A stretch of DNA of 64,000 nt from contig CAVVWI010000006.1 of the NCBI GenBank assembly GCA_963751935.1, positions 530,153-594,152 of the forward strand, read 5' to 3'. Made by a program: the position numbers and the translations under genes. Source of the stretch: an uncultured Acidobacteriota bacterium. GTDB lineage: Bacteria; Acidobacteriota; Terriglobia; Acidiferrales; UBA7541. Positions 26,847 through 36,660 of this stretch are shown here, piece after piece. Under the pieces are notes generated by a model. The model was not told the origin of the DNA, ran no database searches, and saw nothing but the letters and a program-made list of their open reading frames with translations. Within the stretch, counting starts at the first letter, position 1. Every line of letters starts with the position of its first letter.

Positions 26847-28358
26847 GTGACGCCCCAGCCGCCGAGTCTCTTTCCTCCCATCGAACTTCGCCCTCATCCG
26901 CATCTCTACGAGATCAACACCTGGGCTTGGCTTGAAGAGCTTTCCGCGCGTCTCGGACGTTATATCAAGCTAGCCGACGTCCCTGATTCCGAGTGGGACA
27001 TCCTCGCGCAGCGCGGCTTCAACATTGTTTGGCTCATGGGTGTGTGGCAGCGCAGCGCGGAAGCGCGGCGCATCGCGCTCCTGCCTTCCAACACAGGTTC
27101 GTACGCTCGCGCGCTGCCGGGATGGAAGCCGGAGGACGTTGTCGGTTCCCCTTATTCCGTCGCGCAATACACGCCCGATCCGCGCATCGGCGCGTGGGAC
27201 GATCTCGATCGCGTTCGCGAAAAGCTTCGCGCGCGCGGGATGGCGCTTTTCCTGGATTTCGTCGGCAACCACACGGCGCTCGACCACCCCTGGGTGCGTG
27301 AGCATCCCGAGTTCTACGTGCAGGGCACGCAGCAGGATTTTGAAACGGATCCCGCGAGTTTCTTCCGCGTCGAAACGCCGAAAGGCTCAGTCTTTGTCGC
27401 GCTGGGCCGCGATCCTTACTTCCCTCCCTGGACGGATACTGCGCAACTCAACCACTTCAATCCGGGATTGCGCGCGGCTCTGATCAACCGGCTCGGCATC
27501 ATCGCCGCGCATTGCGACGGCATTCGCTGCGACATGGCGATGCTGCAGCTGAACGACATTTTCGCGAAGGTCTGGGGTCATCTGCTGGGTGGCACGAAGC
27601 CGCCCGAAAAAGAATTCTGGGCCGAAGCACATGCGGCGCTGCCAAACATGATTCTTTTCGCGGAAGCGTACTGGGGCACCGAGGAACGGCTGATGAATCT
27701 CGGATTCGAATTCGCGTACGGCAAAAACATGTACGACGCAGTTCGCGATCAGAACATCGGCGACGTACGCGTGGGGCTCGGCATGCCGGTTGCATACCTG
27801 AGTCGTCTCGCGCGGTTCCTCGAGAACCACGACGAGCCTCGCGCCGCCGTCATTTTTGGGGAGCAGCGGCTGCCGGCAGCGGGCACGCTCATGTCGACGC
27901 TTCCAGGAATGCGCTTCTATCAACAGGGCGAACTCGAGGGCCGCAAAATTCAATTGCCGATCGCGCTGCGCGTCGCGGCTCCGGAGCCGCCGAACCCCGT
28001 GTTCCTGAATTTCTTTGAGAAGATCTTGCGCGTCACGAACGAGGACGTCTTTCACCATGGGCAATGGAATCTTCTTCCCGTGACCCCAGCGGGCGGCGAC
28101 GCCGCTTCCGAAAATCTCATCGCGTACGAGTGGCGGACTGAGACGGCGTGGAAGATGATCGTGGTAAACCTGTCAGGCGGCGCGGCGCAGGGACTCATTC
28201 GATTGCATGATCGCGTGTCGTTCACGAAGGAATGTGTTTTCTACGATCAGCTAAACGATGTCCGCTATCCCCGCCAAGGCCAAGAACTCAGCGACACGGG
28301 CCTTTTCGTCCGCCTCGACGCGTTTCACGCGCACATGTTCGACATCACCATCGCCTGA
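26847..28358 (+). CDS. alpha-amylase-family (GH13) glycoside hydrolase
   Basis: DFVGNHTALDHPW, GIRCDMAM, EAYW and FLENHDEPR correspond to GH13 conserved regions I-IV. Confidence 0.85.
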   Translation: MTPQPPSLFPPIELRPHPHLYEINTWAWLEELSARLGRYIKLADVPDSEWDILAQRGFNIVWLMGVWQRSAEARRIALLPSNTGSYARALPGWKPEDVVGSPYSVAQYTPDPRIGAWDDLDRVREKLRARGMALFLDFVGNHTALDHPWVREHPEFYVQGTQQDFETDPASFFRVETPKGSVFVALGRDPYFPPWTDTAQLNHFNPGLRAALINRLGIIAAHCDGIRCDMAMLQLNDIFAKVWGHLLGGTKPPEKEFWAEAHAALPNMILFAEAYWGTEERLMNLGFEFAYGKNMYDAVRDQNIGDVRVGLGMPVAYLSRLARFLENHDEPRAAVIFGEQRLPAAGTLMSTLPGMRFYQQGELEGRKIQLPIALRVAAPEPPNPVFLNFFEKILRVTNEDVFHHGQWNLLPVTPAGGDAASENLIAYEWRTETAWKMIVVNLSGGAAQGLIRLHDRVSFTKECVFYDQLNDVRYPRQGQELSDTGLFVRLDAFHAHMFDITIA

Positions 28359-28447
28359 TCGTATTGCGCTCGACCGGGTGGTTCGCCCGAATCTCGTTGA
28401 AATCACCTTGATGCTCCCATATCATCCCGGGCTTCGCGCTCCGGCCG

Positions 28448-29806
28448 ATGCCAAACGGTTCCGCTGACAATGCTCGCCAAGTTGCCGAGGCCAACGCACG
28501 CCTTCGGCAAATCGGCTTTATCCCGCTGCTCGCAATCTTCTACGGCTACACGGCCGGCGGACCCTTCGGTTTCGAGGACATCTTCAAAAGCTCCGGCCCG
28601 GGAATGGCGCTCGTATTCCTCACGTTCGTGCCCCTTTTCTGGAGCATCCCAATTTCCTTCGCGTCGGCGGAGCTGAACAGCATTCTTCCCGTCGAAGGAG
28701 GCTTCTACCGCTGGAGCCGCGCCGCCTTCGGGGATTTCTGGGGATTTCAGTGCGGCTGGTGGAACTGGACTGGAACGTTCCTGCTCAACAGTCTGTACGG
28801 CGTGCTGCTGATGGACTATCTCGCCGACTACCTGCCCTGGCTCACCGGCAACACAAAATGGGCCGGCGCGTGCCTGGTCCTTTGCCTGCTCGCGTATCTG
28901 AACGCTAGAGGAATCCAGGTGGCGGGGTGGATTTCTGTGGCGCTGCTCGTCGCGATGATGATTCCGGTGGCGTGGCTTTGCGTTGTCTCGCTTTTCCACT
29001 GGCACTACAATCCCGTGCTTCCGTTCACGCCGCCGGGCAGGCCATTCGGAAGCGTTTTCGGCCAGGGCCTCGCGCTGGCGATGTGGAATTACGCGGGATA
29101 CGAACAGCTCTCCAGCGTGACGGGCGAAATGAAAAATCCGCAGAAGACTTTCGTGCGCCTTCTCGCCTGGAATACGCCGATGAATATCCTCACGTACATT
29201 CTGCCCACCACGCTCGCGCTCGCCGTCCTGGGCAATTGGCAGAAGTGGGACACCGGCTACATCGTCACGGCGTCGCACCTGATCGGAGGCGAAACGCTGG
29301 GCGCGGCGATGCTGGTGGCATCGATCATCGGAACGCTTTCGCTTTCGAACAGCACGATTCTCTACACGACGCGCATTCCCGCGACGATGGCGGAGGATGG
29401 CTATTTGCCGTCCTGGCTGGGGAAAATCCATCCGCGATTCGGCACGCCGGCGCACGCGATCGGCGCGTCGGCTCTGGTTTACTGTTTACTCGCGAAGTTC
29501 CCGGTGGAGGATCTCGTCAACATTTACATCTGGACGCGCATCGCGACCACGCTGCTCACGCTTTTGGCGGCGTGGCGAATGCGCGCCAAAGCTCCCAACG
29601 CGCCCAGAAGTTTTCGCATTCCCGGCGGCAAAGCTGGAATCGCATACATCCTGATTTTCCCCGTGATTTTGTGCGCGATGAAAGTGTATTACAGCGAGCC
29701 GCTAGTGTGGCACTGGGCGCCACTACTACTGGCTTCAGGGCCAGTCGCATACGCGATTCTGCGCTGGGGATTCCGCCTGAAACCAAACGCCCAAACGGCG
29801 GAATGA
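28448..29806 (+). CDS. APC-family amino acid permease
   Basis: 452 aa with about 12 predicted TM segments and an APC-type N-terminal GYTAGGPFGFE region. Confidence 0.85.
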   Translation: MPNGSADNARQVAEANARLRQIGFIPLLAIFYGYTAGGPFGFEDIFKSSGPGMALVFLTFVPLFWSIPISFASAELNSILPVEGGFYRWSRAAFGDFWGFQCGWWNWTGTFLLNSLYGVLLMDYLADYLPWLTGNTKWAGACLVLCLLAYLNARGIQVAGWISVALLVAMMIPVAWLCVVSLFHWHYNPVLPFTPPGRPFGSVFGQGLALAMWNYAGYEQLSSVTGEMKNPQKTFVRLLAWNTPMNILTYILPTTLALAVLGNWQKWDTGYIVTASHLIGGETLGAAMLVASIIGTLSLSNSTILYTTRIPATMAEDGYLPSWLGKIHPRFGTPAHAIGASALVYCLLAKFPVEDLVNIYIWTRIATTLLTLLAAWRMRAKAPNAPRSFRIPGGKAGIAYILIFPVILCAMKVYYSEPLVWHWAPLLLASGPVAYAILRWGFRLKPNAQTAE

Positions 29807-29836
29807 TGCCGACTCGGTAGGAAGAGCAGACGTCGG

Positions 29837-31420
29837 TTACTTCGTGGCGCCGATTTTTTCCGAGATCGTCTTGGCTTGCAGGAACAGCAACAGATAATCC
29901 TGCCCGCCGGCCTTCGAATCCGTTCCCGACATGTTGAATCCGCCGAAGGGATGCGAGCCCACCATCGCGCCGGTGCATTTGCGGTTCATGTAGAGGTTGC
30001 CGACGTGAAATTCCTCGCCGGCACGCTCAATCTTCTTGGGATTCTGTGAGTAGACGGCGCCGGTCAACCCGAACTCGCTGTCGTTGGCCATGGCCAGCGC
30101 TTCGTCGAAGTCCTTCGCTTTCGTGACGGCGAGCACGGGCCCGAATATCTCTTCCTGGAAAATGCGTGCCTTCGGACTCACGTCCGCGATCACCGTGGGC
30201 TCGACGAAATACCCGTCGCCGCCCGCGTGCTTTCCGCCCGTCAGCAAGCGCCCCTCTTTTTTACCTGTGTCGATGTAGCCGAGGATCGATTTCATGGCGG
30301 CTTGGTTGATCACCGGCCCCATGAAATTCGCGGAATCTTCGCTCGGCCCCACCTTGATTTTCCTCACGCGCTCCACGAGCTTGCTCAGGAATTCGTCGTA
30401 GACCTTTTCCGCCACAATGGCCCGCGAGCACGCCGAGCATTTCTGCCCCTGGTAGCCGAACGCCGACATCGCCACGCCTTCCACGGCCGCATCCACATCG
30501 GCCTCATCGTCGACGATGATCGCGTCTTTACCGCCCATCTCCAGAACGGTGCGCTTGATCCAGACCTGTCCCGGCTGCGCCTTCGACGCCTGCTCGCCGA
30601 TGCGCAGCCCGGCTTCCTTCGATCCCGTGAAGCCGATAAACCGCGTCTTCGGATGTGTGACCAGCGCTTCTCCCGCCGTGCTCCCCGGACCGGTAAAGAA
30701 GCTGACCACATCGCGCGGCACGCCTGCCTCATACAGAATGTCGATGAAGATCGCCGCCATCGTGGGCGAATCGCTCGACGGCTTCACGATCGCCGTGTTG
30801 CCTGTCACGATCGCCGCCACCGTCATTCCGCCCATGATCGCCGCCGCGAAATTCCACGGCGGAATAATCACGCCTACGCCTAGGGGGATGTACTTCAAAT
30901 AGTTTTTTTCGCCGCGCATCGGCACGAGTTTCTGCGGGCTCGCAAGGCGCAGCGCCTCGCGGCCGTAAAACTCGCAAAAATCAATCAGCTCGGCGATGTC
31001 TGCGTCCGCCTCAGGCCAAGTTTTCCCGATTTCGTAGACGAGCCACGCATCGAGTTCGAAGCGGCGCTTCCGGAGAATGTCGGCCGCCCGATAAATCGTC
31101 GCGACCCGCTCCTCGACGGGCACGCGTTTCCACCGGTCGAACGCGCGGCTTGCCGCCTCGACGGCCTTGTTCGCCATTTCGACCGTAGCTTTCTGAAATA
31201 CTCCAATCACTTCCTCTGGGTGCGACGGATTCAGCGACTTCGCCTTCTCGATCGTGATCACTTTCTCACCCGCGATCACCAGCGGATATTCGCGGCCGAA
31301 CATTCCCTTCACCTGCCGTAGCGCGTCTTCCATCGCTTTGCGGTTTTCGGGTTTGGTGAAATCGATGAACGCTTCGTTCTGAAACTCGCCGCGATGCAGC
31401 GTGGTGGCAGGTGAGGTCAT
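29837..31420 (-). CDS. pruA: L-glutamate gamma-semialdehyde (1-pyrroline-5-carboxylate) dehydrogenase
   Basis: Aldehyde dehydrogenase motifs LEMGGKDAIIV and GYQGQKCSACSR. N-terminal FQNEAFIDF is typical of PruA/RocA. Start set at MTSPATT (31420). Confidence 0.88.
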   Translation of the reverse strand: MTSPATTLHRGEFQNEAFIDFTKPENRKAMEDALRQVKGMFGREYPLVIAGEKVITIEKAKSLNPSHPEEVIGVFQKATVEMANKAVEAASRAFDRWKRVPVEERVATIYRAADILRKRRFELDAWLVYEIGKTWPEADADIAELIDFCEFYGREALRLASPQKLVPMRGEKNYLKYIPLGVGVIIPPWNFAAAIMGGMTVAAIVTGNTAIVKPSSDSPTMAAIFIDILYEAGVPRDVVSFFTGPGSTAGEALVTHPKTRFIGFTGSKEAGLRIGEQASKAQPGQVWIKRTVLEMGGKDAIIVDDEADVDAAVEGVAMSAFGYQGQKCSACSRAIVAEKVYDEFLSKLVERVRKIKVGPSEDSANFMGPVINQAAMKSILGYIDTGKKEGRLLTGGKHAGGDGYFVEPTVIADVSPKARIFQEEIFGPVLAVTKAKDFDEALAMANDSEFGLTGAVYSQNPKKIERAGEEFHVGNLYMNRKCTGAMVGSHPFGGFNMSGTDSKAGGQDYLLLFLQAKTISEKIGATK

Positions 31421-31519
31421 GGTTTCGGGTCTCCTGGAATCGATTCCGATGTCTTGCAAAGGTCCATTCTATCGAGCGGCAAGTCACTCGACAAGGCGCT
31501 CGGCGATTGCGGAGGGTAG

Positions 31520-32002
31520 CTAGACTTTCTGCGGTTGAAGGCGGCGCGATCTTGGGAGTGAGCCGGTTTGCCAGTCGTCTGGCTGCTGGGGCAGACCCCA
31601 AAACTCCGGCGCGGGCCTGATGAATTCGATGCCGACCTCGGCCTTGCCCATGAACCGGGGTCCCAGGCTCGTAATGCGAGCCAGAATTTCTTTCCCCGTG
31701 TCGGGGTTCTGAACCGTCAGAAACTTGTCTTTCAACACGTCGATCGCAAGAAGGATCAGGGCGCCGTGGGCGTTGACGATCAGAGCGTCCGTCTCCTCCC
31801 AAACGGTTTCCTTCCGCTCGGTCTCCACTCGGACCAGAATGCGGATCCGCACGCGCAAGCGACGGCTGCGCCGGCGCAATCGAGGATCGTCCGGCTTAGC
31901 CGGCGGTTTAGCTGGCGGTTTGGCTGCACTCACGTGAGCACCGTCGGTTTCAAAGGGAATTTGCAACCACTTAGTGTCGTCCGGCAGCAGCCGACGCTGC
32001 AA
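31520..32002 (-). CDS. PilZ-domain-like protein
   Basis: RRSRRLRVRIRILVR ... VNAHGALI approximates the PilZ RxxxR / D-x-S-x-x-G motifs. Start uncertain. Confidence 0.55.
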   Translation of the reverse strand: MQRRLLPDDTKWLQIPFETDGAHVSAAKPPAKPPAKPDDPRLRRRSRRLRVRIRILVRVETERKETVWEETDALIVNAHGALILLAIDVLKDKFLTVQNPDTGKEILARITSLGPRFMGKAEVGIEFIRPAPEFWGLPQQPDDWQTGSLPRSRRLQPQKV

Positions 32003-32984
32003 GCGCCTGCAGGTCGGACTTTTTCAGCGCTGTCCCCATGCGAACGTACCGCCCGTCGATCGAGATCGCGAGATTCTCCATCATGGCGTCGACGATCGGT
32101 TCCCCGGGATTCGCCGCTCCTGCTCCTGTTTTCGCCTGGACCGCTGCTTTCTGAATCGATTCGCGCACATTTTCGAAAGCGAAGCGCGACTTCAGCGCAT
32201 CGTACGAACTGTCGAATTGCCCCTCCACCGCCATCCTCACGCTGTCGCCATCCATCCAGTAGGCCATGTCCCAGCCTCGCAAGCTCTGCAAAATGTCGGC
32301 AGCGCTGGGGTTTTGGCGGGCAACCACCGGGGTCATCTGCGCGACGGCCGCCTTCGGCACGTCACCCAGAAGGAAGAACGGCGCTCCCGCCACGCGTTCC
32401 ACCCGCGCACAGATATCGGCGTGCAGGTTCGGGTCGGCTTCCTTCGCCGCGTCGGCAAGCATGAGCATCTCGGTGTGAGCGTCGCGCCCCAGGGCAAAGG
32501 CAAGGCGGTTCGGTCCGAGGAACATCATGGATGTTGTCGAGGGCGCGGACCTGACTTGGAACTCGTACAGATCTCCCGCATCGTAGTGCTTCATGGTGCC
32601 ACCCAAGCTCGCCACATAGGAGGACACGCGCGGCTGGTCGAAGCGTCCTTCCAGCACCAGCGCGCCATTCTGACCTTCGGTGGAAGCCGCGAGCAGAATG
32701 TGGTCAAGGTCACGGTCGATGTGAAAGTTTGTATTGGCGACGAAATCGCGATAGGCAGCCGCCTGGGGCGTCTGCTCGAAAGTCTTGAACTGCTTCGTCA
32801 AGTCAGAGGAGCGCATCGAGGTGAGGTCCGCGTAAGCGACGATATTTGCGTCAAAAGGCGCTGCGGAGAGCAACGCCGGACAAACGCCCTTCGGTGGCGC
32901 TGGAGCTCCGCTATTCAGGACGTACCCTGCCGTCCCAATCGCCAGCAGTACCACTCCTGCCCCGATCCAGAGCCACTTCGCCAT
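31971..32984 (-). CDS. membrane-anchored hypothetical protein
   Basis: 337 aa from MAKWLWIGAGVVLLAIGTAG with a GGAGG RBS. The listed ORF extends to 33335 without coding character. Confidence 0.7.
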   Translation of the reverse strand: MAKWLWIGAGVVLLAIGTAGYVLNSGAPAPPKGVCPALLSAAPFDANIVAYADLTSMRSSDLTKQFKTFEQTPQAAAYRDFVANTNFHIDRDLDHILLAASTEGQNGALVLEGRFDQPRVSSYVASLGGTMKHYDAGDLYEFQVRSAPSTTSMMFLGPNRLAFALGRDAHTEMLMLADAAKEADPNLHADICARVERVAGAPFFLLGDVPKAAVAQMTPVVARQNPSAADILQSLRGWDMAYWMDGDSVRMAVEGQFDSSYDALKSRFAFENVRESIQKAAVQAKTGAGAANPGEPIVDAMMENLAISIDGRYVRMGTALKKSDLQALAASAAAGRH

Positions 32985-33388
32985 AGAGCCTCCAGAAGTT
33001 GAGAGGATGGGCCGCAGCCTCGTTATTGGAGCTGCTACTCGAAGGCCCCTGCGCCGCAGGTTTCTACTATAAGTGTCTACTACAAGTGTAGCCGATGACC
33101 CCGCTGCCTGTGCCGCCCTACCCTTCGATAGCGTGTGCAAACAACAACCTGTCCCAGTGGCGGAACCGTGCCTTCTTGGCCGCGGACAAAAAGATTGCCG
33201 ATTAGTGACAGCGCCCTTCCCTTTTCGCGCGAAACGTTTTGTTCCGCGAACGCCGTCGCCGCCGAAAGCCTCTTTGTCGTCAGCGCTCCCGCTGAACGGC
33301 CCCCCGCAGCATATGGCCGTGGAATTGCCTGCCATGCGCCAAGGCGGTGGTGTGTCGGTTGGACAAAACTCATCTGAGGAGGCAACCC

Positions 33389-34663
33389 ATGCGGCTTCGC
33401 ACGGCAGCGGTCGTGTTGTTTCTAGGTGTCTCGGGCGTCTTCAACGTTACTTCGGCACAAAATAACAGGGCTCGCGCGAATCAAAGTGTCAGCGTTCCCA
33501 AATCGAGCGAAGAACTGCCTGCGGATACGGGCCTGCGGGCCCACACGCACCTTCTAGTCCTTACCCCTGGTTTCGCCAAGGCTAACGGCCAGGCCGCGCC
33601 GGCGCAGGTGGGCGGCCCGCCGTTCCCAGGATATGCATATGAAACTCCGGCCTCCCTCGCGTGCCTCTACCATCTTGTGGGCGGCGAGGGACGAGCATGT
33701 AATCCGAATTCGGTAACACAGAATCCGACGGGCGGAAGTCGCGTTATTGCCATCGTTGACGCCTACGACGACCCAAACGCCGCGAGCGATCTGGCCAATT
33801 TCTCGGCCCAGTTCGGCCTGCCGCCGGCGAACTTTAGCGTGGTTTACGAAAATGGCGTCCCTCCCCCGGTCGATCCGACAGGCGGCTGGGAACTCGAAGA
33901 ATCCACTGACATCGAGTGGGCGCATGCGATGGCCCCGCACGCACAAATCATCCTCGTGGAGGCAAACTCAAACAGTGACCTGGATTTGTACACGTCAGAA
34001 CTCATCGCCGGAGACCTGGTGTCCGGGGCAGGCGGTGGCGAAGTCAGCAACAGTTGGGGTGGACTCGAGTTTCCAGATGAGACGGAACTTGACCCCGTCT
34101 TCACATTTCCGGGCGTCGTTTACCTCGCGTCGACGGGAGACGGCCCGGGAACGCAATACCCGAGCGTATCCCCTAACGTCGTAGCCGTGGGCGGCACCAG
34201 CACCAACCGCAATCCGTTTACCGGGGACTTCCTCTACGAAGGCGCTTGGACATTGACCGGCGGAGGACCCAGCTTTTTTGAGCCGCGTCCAAAGTACCAA
34301 AATATCGTCGAATATCTCGCGGGTCCGTCACGCGCGGTGCCGGATGTAGCGCTCGACTCGAATCCCATCACAGGTGTCTGGGTACTCGACACGAACCTCT
34401 ACGGGGGGCAGCCGGGTGGATGGTTCGTGGTCGGCGGTACGAGCGTGGCGGTGCAGGTGATGGGGGGGATCATCAATGCTGCCGGCCATTTCCACAATTC
34501 ATCGGCCGAAGAACTCAGAGAGATGTACGAACACATCTTCGACTTCGAGGCTTTCAACGACATAACCCGGGACAACTGCGGTCCCTACGGCGGTTTTCTG
34601 GCGGCTCCAGGCTACGATTTCTGCACCGGCTTGGGCAGCGACCACGGTTACGAAGGCAAATAA
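33389..34663 (+). CDS. S53 (sedolisin-like)/S8-clan secreted serine peptidase
   Basis: Signal peptide. VIAIVDAYDDPNAASDLANFSAQFGLPP and VVGGTSVAVQVMGG motifs. GAGGAGG RBS before the ATG at 33389. Confidence 0.8.
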   Translation: MRLRTAAVVLFLGVSGVFNVTSAQNNRARANQSVSVPKSSEELPADTGLRAHTHLLVLTPGFAKANGQAAPAQVGGPPFPGYAYETPASLACLYHLVGGEGRACNPNSVTQNPTGGSRVIAIVDAYDDPNAASDLANFSAQFGLPPANFSVVYENGVPPPVDPTGGWELEESTDIEWAHAMAPHAQIILVEANSNSDLDLYTSELIAGDLVSGAGGGEVSNSWGGLEFPDETELDPVFTFPGVVYLASTGDGPGTQYPSVSPNVVAVGGTSTNRNPFTGDFLYEGAWTLTGGGPSFFEPRPKYQNIVEYLAGPSRAVPDVALDSNPITGVWVLDTNLYGGQPGGWFVVGGTSVAVQVMGGIINAAGHFHNSSAEELREMYEHIFDFEAFNDITRDNCGPYGGFLAAPGYDFCTGLGSDHGYEGK

Positions 34664-34766
34664 GCAGAATCGCCGCCTCCGCTAATCCTTGCACGAAAAG
34701 TCCCTGCCACCTCGGCAGGGACTTTTTGTTTGGGAGTCAATGCAACCCGCAAGGTCTGCCTCGGCT

Positions 34767-35564
34767 TCATCCTATGCGCGCGAGCCGGCGGGCTGAAAGC
34801 GCCACGAGAGCCGCCGTCAAACCAGCCAGCACCGCTGCATGCACGATCGGCGTGCCATCGCTTGGGGACTTCGCGGCCCACAGGACTAGCTGCTGGAGAT
34901 GGAAGGTGGGCCATATAGGTCGGATCGCTCGCAAGACCTTCGGCAGAGGATAGAACAGGCCTGAAAGTTGCAGCATCATTTGATAGAGAATGTTGACGAA
35001 GGCCGGTGCGCTTCGACCTGTCGCTAGTGTCCCGATGAACAGGCCGATAGCGCAGAACGGCAGCGTGCCCAAAATATTGACAGTCGCCACCCCAAACACC
35101 TGGCCCGCGCCGAGCGGCACATGGCCGATGGGCAGCGCCGCCACCATCGTGGCCATGATGATGGCTCCGAAAGCCAAAGCCATGAACATCTTCGCAACGA
35201 GATAGGCCGCCGGCGGCATGGGCAGCGCCCGCTTTAGTTTCAGCAAACCTTGTTCGCGTTCGATCGCCAAAGACACGCCGAAGCCGAACATGCCTGGGCC
35301 CATCATTCCCATCACCGCAAACGCCGTGAACAACCACTTCGCTGCATCCGGGTCGCCCTGGACGCTCTTCCCGAAAATGAGCACTCCGAATAGAAGAAAC
35401 AGCATCACGGGAAGGCCCAGCAACGGTATGCCAAACGACGGCATGCGCAACATGCGGATGGACTCGTACTTTGATTCTGTGAGGTAAGCGCGAAAAATCT
35501 GCAAAGGCGACATCGCTCCCGCATGCGTGAGTCCACTGCCTGCTTCAAAATAGGTGGAACTCAT
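34767..35564 (-). CDS. ABC-2-type transporter permease
   Basis: 265 aa with 6 TM segments. The ATG shares 1 nt with the ATPase stop (TAATG). AGGAGG RBS. Confidence 0.85.
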   Translation of the reverse strand: MSSTYFEAGSGLTHAGAMSPLQIFRAYLTESKYESIRMLRMPSFGIPLLGLPVMLFLLFGVLIFGKSVQGDPDAAKWLFTAFAVMGMMGPGMFGFGVSLAIEREQGLLKLKRALPMPPAAYLVAKMFMALAFGAIIMATMVAALPIGHVPLGAGQVFGVATVNILGTLPFCAIGLFIGTLATGRSAPAFVNILYQMMLQLSGLFYPLPKVLRAIRPIWPTFHLQQLVLWAAKSPSDGTPIVHAAVLAGLTAALVALSARRLARIG

Positions 35565-36469
35565 TACGCAGCCTCCTGAGTGAGTTCTGTGAACGCTTCC
35601 GCGAGCCCCGCGCGGCGAATCTCGAGTTCGCACAGATTTTCGTCCGCGGCCAGCAATCGGCGAACCACCACTTCCGGATTGCTCGTCGCGATCAGGAGCC
35701 GCTGCTGCTCGCGCGTTACGCTTTCAACGTCTGGCCACGCGGCAATCTGGCCAAGGTCAAGGCTGGTCACGCACGTCACGCGCTTGCGGACCACGAGTGC
35801 GCGAATCTGCTGCACCGTGCCGGAAGCAATGGCGCGCCCTTTGGCCAGCACCACCACGCGATCGGCCAGCGCCTCCGCTTCCTCCAGGTAGTGCGTCGTC
35901 AGGACGATCGAACAACCTTCGTCGACCAGCCGGCGCAGCGTCGTCCACATTACTTCGCGTGACTGCACGTCGAGCCCCACCGTGGGCTCATCGAGGAACA
36001 ACAGTTTCGGCCGCCCGCAAATCGCCATTGCGAATTGCGCCTGCCGCTTTTGTCCTCCCGAAAGTTTTCCGTAAGGCCGATCGGCAAGAGACTCCGTGTG
36101 CGTCGATTGCATCACGCGCTCCAGTGACAACGGGTTCGGGTAGTAGCTCGCTACCAGGTCGATGTGCTCGCGGACGTGTAGCTCCGCCGCGAGAAACACT
36201 TCCTGCATCATCACGCCGATGTGCCGCCGGCCCTCAATGAGGTGCGGCGATTGGCCGAACAGACGCGCGGAACCGGAGTCGGGCTGCTCGAGTCCAAGCA
36301 GCAGCGATATCGCGGTGGTTTTTCCCGCGCCGTTTTGGCCGAGCACCGCCAGCAATTCTCCGGACCGCACTTCGAGGTCGAGCGCGTCGAGCGCCACAAT
36401 CTTGCCGAAGCGCTTGCTCGCGCCCGAGAGTTCCGCCAAGAGGTGATCGTTCGCGCCCTGACTCTTCAT
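35564..36469 (-). CDS. ABC transporter ATP-binding protein
   Basis: Walker A GQNGAGKTT, signature LSGGQKRQ, Walker B LLFLDEPT. Start at MKSQGAN (36469). Confidence 0.9.
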   Translation of the reverse strand: MKSQGANDHLLAELSGASKRFGKIVALDALDLEVRSGELLAVLGQNGAGKTTAISLLLGLEQPDSGSARLFGQSPHLIEGRRHIGVMMQEVFLAAELHVREHIDLVASYYPNPLSLERVMQSTHTESLADRPYGKLSGGQKRQAQFAMAICGRPKLLFLDEPTVGLDVQSREVMWTTLRRLVDEGCSIVLTTHYLEEAEALADRVVVLAKGRAIASGTVQQIRALVVRKRVTCVTSLDLGQIAAWPDVESVTREQQRLLIATSNPEVVVRRLLAADENLCELEIRRAGLAEAFTELTQEAA

Positions 36470-36660
36470 GCTCGTGCCTCCCGATCGTTGAATTGCGTGC
36501 GGCGCTGGCGTGAAATGGACCGCCGATTCGCTTCCAGAAGTGCGGCCGCGGCGAGCGCCGTGAGGACCGCCACGCTGAAACTGAATCCGTAGTGGAAAAG
36601 TTCGGCGATGGCGCCGAAGTGCGTCAGGAAATAGAGCAGCAAGAAGGATGCTTCCATCAT
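36466..36660 (-). CDS. small two-TM membrane protein (64 aa)
   Basis: MMEASFLLLYFLTHFGAIAELFHYGFSFSVAVLTALAAAALLEANRR... ATGA overlaps at both ends (36657-36660 and 36466-36469). Confidence 0.5.
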   Translation of the reverse strand: MMEASFLLLYFLTHFGAIAELFHYGFSFSVAVLTALAAAALLEANRRSISRQRRTQFNDREARA

